DNA from: Arcobacteraceae bacterium
GTDB lineage: Bacteria; Campylobacterota; Campylobacteria; Campylobacterales; Arcobacteraceae
Assembly: GCA_048268245.1 (NCBI GenBank)
Contig: JBLWVX010000014.1
Span: 1-62,810 of the forward strand
Direction of reading: 5' to 3'
Length of the DNA: 62,810 nt
A model generated the notes under the pieces. It saw only the letters and a list, made by a program, of their open reading frames with translations. It was not told the DNA's origin and made no database searches. Numbering within the stretch: the first letter of the stretch is position 1; every line of letters starts with the position of its first letter. Below, piece after piece: positions 58,053 to 62,810 of the stretch. The translations under genes and the position numbers were made by a program.

Positions 58053-58190
58053 TTATTCTTGCGATTCAGTAGAATTGTCAGGTTCTTTATTCTCTTTTGC
58101 AGTTTGTTTCTTAAGACGTTTTTCTTCTTTTTTCTTTTGTTTTTCTATCTCACGAGCTCTTTTTTCGTAGTTGTAATTTGGTTTAGCCAT
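58053..58190 (-). CDS. 45-aa small basic protein (absent from ORF track)
   Basis: AAGGA-N5-ATG; MAKPNYNYEKRAREIEKQKKKEEKRLKKQTAKENKEPDNSTESQE*. Confidence 0.8.
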   Translation of the reverse strand: MAKPNYNYEKRAREIEKQKKKEEKRLKKQTAKENKEPDNSTESQE

Positions 58191-58340
58191 TTATTTCCTT
58201 CTTTCTATTTAATAAATAGAACAATTAATAATCTCTAATAAAAGGAATATACCAAATGCCCTAAAAACTAATGTTTTTATAATATATTGAGTATAACAAA
58301 GTTTTTAATATTTTATCTTAACTGAAATACAATTTTTGTT

Positions 58341-59285
58341 TTAATAACCTTTTTTTACATCCACAAAGCTTGGTTTTACACCCTTTTCATAATACTTGCA
58401 AATATGTTTAGCAGCTATTCTTGAAGCACTTTTTATATTTGTAGGAGCTGAGATATGAGGTAAAACTGTTATATTTTCATTTTCCCATAAAGCAGAGTCT
58501 TTATGCAGTGGCTCTTCATTAAATACATCTAGAACAGCATGAGATAGCTCAGAGTTTTCAAGCTTTTGTAGTAAATACTCATAATCAACAATAGCACCTC
58601 TTGCAAAGTTTATAAGACTTGCACTTGATTTAAGTAAATCTAGCTTTTCTTTATTTAATAAGTTTTTTGTTTCACTTGTTAGAGGTAATAGACAAACTAC
58701 AATATCTGCATTTTTAAGAGCTTGCGTTAAACCAGTATCTTCATGATAAGTAGATATACCATCAATATGCTTTTTAGTCTTTGACCATCCACTTACACTA
58801 AAACCATTTTCTTTAAGTTTTAAAGCACTTAATAAACCTAACTTACCTAAACCTAAAACTAATATACTCTTCTCTTCAGGGAGTAATTCTAAATGCTGTT
58901 TCCATAACTTTTGGCTTTGTTGTTTTCTATATAAAGGCATATTTTTATGTAAGTATAAAGTCCATGCTAAAACTGATTGAGCCATAGTATCTGCTAAAAC
59001 AGGGTCAGTCATACGAGCTATTTTAAAAGAAGCATTTGGAATATCCAAAAGAAGTTTCTCAACTCCTGCCCAAAGACTTTGAACCCAAACTAAGCTTTTC
59101 ATCTGTGAAATATCAGATGGCTTAGGGTTTGCCACTATTGCAACTTGGGCATTTTGTATTTGACTTTTTGATAAATCTTTGAATAATACTATTTCGTATT
59201 CACTCATTTGATTTTGTAAGTACTCTATCCATAAAGAAGTTGAAAGCTCATCAATATCACTTACAAAAGGAATTATTTTTTTCAT
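58341..59285 (-). CDS. D-2-hydroxyacid dehydrogenase, GhrA-like
   Basis: WAGVE, GLGKLG, LLPLTSET, INFARG, LDVFNEEPL, LPHISA. Confidence 0.92.
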   Translation of the reverse strand: MKKIIPFVSDIDELSTSLWIEYLQNQMSEYEIVLFKDLSKSQIQNAQVAIVANPKPSDISQMKSLVWVQSLWAGVEKLLLDIPNASFKIARMTDPVLADTMAQSVLAWTLYLHKNMPLYRKQQSQKLWKQHLELLPEEKSILVLGLGKLGLLSALKLKENGFSVSGWSKTKKHIDGISTYHEDTGLTQALKNADIVVCLLPLTSETKNLLNKEKLDLLKSSASLINFARGAIVDYEYLLQKLENSELSHAVLDVFNEEPLHKDSALWENENITVLPHISAPTNIKSASRIAAKHICKYYEKGVKPSFVDVKKGY

Positions 59286-59290
59286 TAAAG

Positions 59291-60205
59291 CTATTTATCC
59301 TTTGATAAGTTATCTTTTATCACCGTATAAAGTCTATCAATATCAGTTTTTCCTACGAAACTATCTGCTCCAATTTTAGCCATTCTGCTTTTTACTGCAT
59401 TTGTTGTCATAGAAGAGTTTATTATCACTGGAATATTTGAATATTTACTATTTTGTTTTATAAAAGAAGCAACTTCGTATCCATCAGCACCTGGCATTTC
59501 TATATCACTTATTATTACGCCAATTTCATCAAGGTCTATGTTTTCTACCCTATTCATAAGTGATTTACCATCATTGTATATTTCATAGTTTGCTTTTATT
59601 TTATCTAAGAAATCAATAATCACACTTCTTGCAATAGCTGAATCTTCTGCAACAAGTATTTTTTTATCTGATTCTAAAATTACATTATCATACTTCTCCA
59701 TCTCTTTACTTACATTTTTTTCTAGACCAATATCTTGAAGAAGTTGTTCTGCATTGAAAACTGTACATAAAGTAGGTTCTTCTTCAATATCTACATAAGT
59801 TGTATGTGTAACTTTTGAGTTTCGCTCTTCTGAATATCTCAATTCATTTGTAGCTTTTTCAACAATATTTACCATATCTTTCACTAATAAACCTACATGC
59901 TTATTACTAAACTCACAATAAATTATAAGTTTATATTCAGACATATCTTTGGCTTTATTTCCTAGCCAAACATCTAAGTTTACTAAAGTAATTGGTTCAC
60001 CTCTTATTGTAGCTATTCCTGCTATTACATCACTATCTGAGGGGGTGTCATTTATCATAACATCTGAAGTGATTATAAAAGCTTTTACCTTTGCAATATT
60101 TATAGCATATACACTATCATCACCTGTATAAAATACTGCAAATTGTTGAGTAACATTTTTTAAAACTTTTTTCTCATGTTTATTTCTATTTAATGTATTT
60201 ATCAT
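59291..60205 (-). CDS. cheV: Chemotaxis protein CheV (CheW-REC)
   Basis: YAINIAKV..IRG CheW domain; LVAEDS, ISDIEMPGADG receiver. Confidence 0.88.
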   Translation of the reverse strand: MINTLNRNKHEKKVLKNVTQQFAVFYTGDDSVYAINIAKVKAFIITSDVMINDTPSDSDVIAGIATIRGEPITLVNLDVWLGNKAKDMSEYKLIIYCEFSNKHVGLLVKDMVNIVEKATNELRYSEERNSKVTHTTYVDIEEEPTLCTVFNAEQLLQDIGLEKNVSKEMEKYDNVILESDKKILVAEDSAIARSVIIDFLDKIKANYEIYNDGKSLMNRVENIDLDEIGVIISDIEMPGADGYEVASFIKQNSKYSNIPVIINSSMTTNAVKSRMAKIGADSFVGKTDIDRLYTVIKDNLSKDK

Positions 60206-60262
60206 GACAACCCCTTTTATTAACTATTAAAAATATTATATCAGCTTTCACTTCAAGTTATT

Positions 60263-60646
60263 TTATTTGTAAAGTTTATTTTTATGTTTTATCCATCCTG
60301 TAACGTGTCTACCTCTAGGGTCATGATGTGTCCAGTGTATAACTCCACCTTTTGAATTCCATTCATATTCCCCATAAAATTCAACTTTATCACCATTACT
60401 AAGGTTTTTAACTCTAGGTGATAAATCAATATTATGAGCAACTAAAACAGTTAAAGAATTATTTAGTCTTAAAATAAACCTTTGATGTTTTATTCCTTTT
60501 GTATCATCTCTCAAAATCTTCACAACTTTTCCATGACCTTGGACTTGTAAATCACTGATTTTATTTGAGTAAGCTTTTTGTATATCTTGGTTACTTGCAA
60601 AAAGTAATGTAAATGTTGATAGTAAGACAAGTAGTATTTTTTTCAT
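60263..60646 (-). CDS. DUF3465 family exported protein
   Basis: HQRFIL, AHNIDL, GEYEW..GGVIHWTHHDP. Confidence 0.88.
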   Translation of the reverse strand: MKKILLVLLSTFTLLFASNQDIQKAYSNKISDLQVQGHGKVVKILRDDTKGIKHQRFILRLNNSLTVLVAHNIDLSPRVKNLSNGDKVEFYGEYEWNSKGGVIHWTHHDPRGRHVTGWIKHKNKLYK

Positions 60647-60675
60647 AAGTTTCCTTTTATTTTTATTATTGTTTA

Positions 60676-61296
60676 TTAGTTTAGTGCATTATTAACATCA
60701 GGTAGACAAACTACTTCACCAGGTAATAAATCATCAATATGAATATCACCAATTCTAACTCTAACTAATCTTAGAGTAGGAAAACCAGCAGCTGCTGTCA
60801 TCTTTCTTACTTGACGTTTTTTACCTTCACAAATTGTGATAGATGCCCAACTAGTTGGACCATGTCTCGAATTACGAATATTACGTCCACGACTAGGTAG
60901 ATTTGGTTCACTTTTTAAGGTGTATGCTTTGCAAGGTAGAGTTAAATACTTTTTACCACTTACAGTAATCTCAACACCATTTTGTAGCTTTGATATTGCT
61001 TCTTCTGTAATCTCTCCATCAACTTGAACGTAGTACTCTTTTTCTATACTTTTGTTTCTTACTTTATGACTTGATATACCATTAGTTGTAAGCAGTAGCA
61101 AGCCTTCTGAGTCATGGTCTAACCTTCCAATAGCCATAGTCTTTTGTGGAAAATCAAAGAAATCACCAAGTAAGCTTTTGTTTTTCATCTTTTCTTGAAC
61201 AAACTGACTTAAACATCCATATGGTTTAAACATCTTAAAATGATGATGAGTATTGTCTAAATCATTTTGTTGTATTTCATTTTCTTGTTTTGAGAT
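60676..61296 (-). CDS. Pseudouridine synthase, RluE-like; probable ATC start
   Basis: KPYG.LSQF, GRLDHDSEGLLLLT, EGKKRQVRKMTAAAGFPTLRLVR; frame extends 21 codons above track ATG 61233 to AAGGA-N7-ATC at 61296. Confidence 0.85.
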   Translation of the reverse strand: MSKQENEIQQNDLDNTHHHFKMFKPYGCLSQFVQEKMKNKSLLGDFFDFPQKTMAIGRLDHDSEGLLLLTTNGISSHKVRNKSIEKEYYVQVDGEITEEAISKLQNGVEITVSGKKYLTLPCKAYTLKSEPNLPSRGRNIRNSRHGPTSWASITICEGKKRQVRKMTAAAGFPTLRLVRVRIGDIHIDDLLPGEVVCLPDVNNALN

Positions 61297-61395
61297 AGTT
61301 TATTCCTTTTGATAGTTTTGTTATAGATTTTTTGATTTGGAATAATATTTAAATTAAATAGTTTAGTCAATGTTACTAAAATATAGAATATAAAT

Positions 61396-61424
61396 TTGAC
61401 ATCTAGTTAGTTTTGATATATAAT
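61396..61424 (+). promoter_or_regulatory. Consensus sigma70 promoter of the toxin-antitoxin operon
   Basis: TTGACA-N17-TATAAT, 30 nt upstream of the antitoxin ATG. Confidence 0.78.
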
Positions 61425-61453
61425 ATTTATATATTAATTTATAGGATATAAAT

Positions 61454-61714
61454 ATGTTATCTTTAGAACAATTAGAAAAACAACAAGTAGGACTTAGGCT
61501 TCCTAAATATCTGATAGATGAATTAGATGAGCTTACAAAAGAGTATTCACTAAATAGAAGTGATTTAATTACAGAATCAGTTAAAGCTTTTTTAGTTGAG
61601 CAAAAACAAAAAAAATTTTATTCAGATTTTGACCAATCAGCAAAAGAATTAAAATCAATTTTAAATAAAGAAACAAATGAAACAAGTTTAGATGAGCTAA
61701 TAAATGAACTTTAA
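61454..61714 (+). CDS. Ribbon-helix-helix antitoxin
   Basis: QVGLRLPKYLIDELD...NRSDLITESV RHH pattern; acidic tail SLDELINEL; overlaps the toxin. Confidence 0.82.
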   Translation: MLSLEQLEKQQVGLRLPKYLIDELDELTKEYSLNRSDLITESVKAFLVEQKQKKFYSDFDQSAKELKSILNKETNETSLDELINEL

Positions 61715-62024
61715 ACTTATAACCACTCCACAATTTGCAAAATCAGTTAAAAAGCTTTCCAAGAAATATAAACAGATAAAAAATGATTTACAAAATATAC
61801 AAAAAGAAATAGAAAATGAAAACTTCATAGATTTAGGATATAGCTGTTTTAAACTAAGATTGGCAAACTCATCTATACCTACAGGAAAAAGTGGAGGTTT
61901 TAGAGTAATCTACTATAAAAAAATAGAAGATAAAATCTATCTTTTAGAAATATACTCTAAAACAGAGTTAGAAAATATTGATGATTCTAAAATCATTGAA
62001 ATTTTGAAAGACAATGATTTATAG
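61704..62024 (+). CDS. RelE/ParE family type II toxin
   Basis: FAKSVKKLSKKY, KLRLANS..GKSGGFRVIY, LLEIYSK. Confidence 0.9.
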   Translation: MNFKLITTPQFAKSVKKLSKKYKQIKNDLQNIQKEIENENFIDLGYSCFKLRLANSSIPTGKSGGFRVIYYKKIEDKIYLLEIYSKTELENIDDSKIIEILKDNDL

Positions 62025-62049
62025 AAAGTGGAAATTCATGACCTGAGCC
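62025..62049. repeat. Right-half copy of the palindromic repeat
   Basis: AAAGTGGAAATTCATGACCTGAGCC, directly after the toxin TAG; matches the right half of the copies at 12314 and 14104. Confidence 0.85.
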
Positions 62050-62059
62050 TATTTTCTTG

Positions 62060-62371
62060 TTATACACTTCCTTCTTTTTCTATTACTAATATTCTTGCTT
62101 CGCCAATAGGATGTGCATAATGTTCTGTTCCTAATGTTGCATAAAATATATCACCACTTTCTAAAATCATAAATTCTTCAATACCATCTTTTTTGTAAAA
62201 CATTTTTACTGTCCCATCTAAAACTGCAAAAACTTCTTCACCATCATTAATGTGCCATTTATATGGTTTATCAGTCCAATGTAATTTGGTAGTAATACCA
62301 TTCATATTTGCAATACTTTGTGAATCCCAAGCTTTCTGGGGTTTGAAAGTTTTACTTTTTATGATTTTCAT
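62060..62371 (-). CDS. Cupin domain protein
   Basis: WHINDGEEVFAVLDG, GTEHYAHP, ILVIE. Confidence 0.88.
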   Translation of the reverse strand: MKIIKSKTFKPQKAWDSQSIANMNGITTKLHWTDKPYKWHINDGEEVFAVLDGTVKMFYKKDGIEEFMILESGDIFYATLGTEHYAHPIGEARILVIEKEGSV

Positions 62372-62404
62372 TGTATATTTTCCTTTGTGTATAATGGTGG
62401 AATT

Positions 62405-62501
62405 GAAAAACGAGGGAAGATTTCATCTGTTAATTCAATAACACTTTTAAATTATACTTACAATTTATCAGTTTAAAATTGCAAGTACACCCTCGTTTTT
62501 C
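62405..62501. repeat. 97-bp element bounded by 12-bp perfect inverted repeats
   Basis: GAAAAACGAGGG (62405-62416) ... CCCTCGTTTTTC (62490-62501). Confidence 0.72.
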
Positions 62502-62515
62502 TTTCCAATGTTTTG

Positions 62516-62737
62516 TTAAACTTTCTTAAATTTTAAAGTTTCATTTCGATTAGTATTTGTTATGTCATAGTCCATAAATGATTTTTTAACAATAGCTCTA
62601 TTTGTAGCAAGCCATAATGGTAATTTAAATGAATTTATACTTTCAACTTCCCATTCTGAGCCATCTATAAGTTTAATTCTATTTTGTGATAAATCAATTG
62701 ATATTATGATTTGTTCTTTTCCTTCATTAATATACAT
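62516..62737 (-). CDS. Small hypothetical protein
   Basis: 73 aa, AAAGGA RBS, IKLIDGSEWEV motif. Confidence 0.65.
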   Translation of the reverse strand: MYINEGKEQIIISIDLSQNRIKLIDGSEWEVESINSFKLPLWLATNRAIVKKSFMDYDITNTNRNETLKFKKV

Positions 62738-62810
62738 ATTTTACATCCTTTTTGTTTTTTAGTTTAACTATTTATTGAATATACATTATATAAATAAAGT
62801 ACTTAAATCC

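Overview
AT-rich chromosomal window from a Campylobacterota bacterium, most likely Arcobacteraceae (ubiX-coaD-tmk-hisS-speA-cysE gene order, three 'MGEM-x-x-x-IAHQWRQP' sensor kinases, CheV). It holds about 65 CDS and one initiator tRNA-fMet. No CRISPR array, rRNA, prophage, integrase or transposase is visible. Features that stand out: (1) a ~55-bp imperfect palindromic repeat (GGTCAGGTSTTGAATT...AATTCAAGACCTGACC type) that brackets orphan genes like cassettes at 11.6-14.15 kb and recurs as a half copy directly after a RelE-type toxin-antitoxin pair at 62 kb, near a second inverted-repeat element; (2) three genes whose reading frames run upstream of any ATG/GTG/TTG to an ATC at normal distance from a strong Shine-Dalgarno; (3) intact but apparently catalytically dead proteins, namely an 833-aa aconitase A homologue lacking two Fe-S cysteines and most active-site residues, and a serine recombinase lacking its catalytic Ser; (4) an in-frame NMT1-to-GGDEF deletion scar; (5) a 45-aa protein missed by the ORF track, a trypsin-like secreted protein and a fluoroacetate dehalogenase-like enzyme. 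All family calls come from reading motifs by eye, with no database searches.
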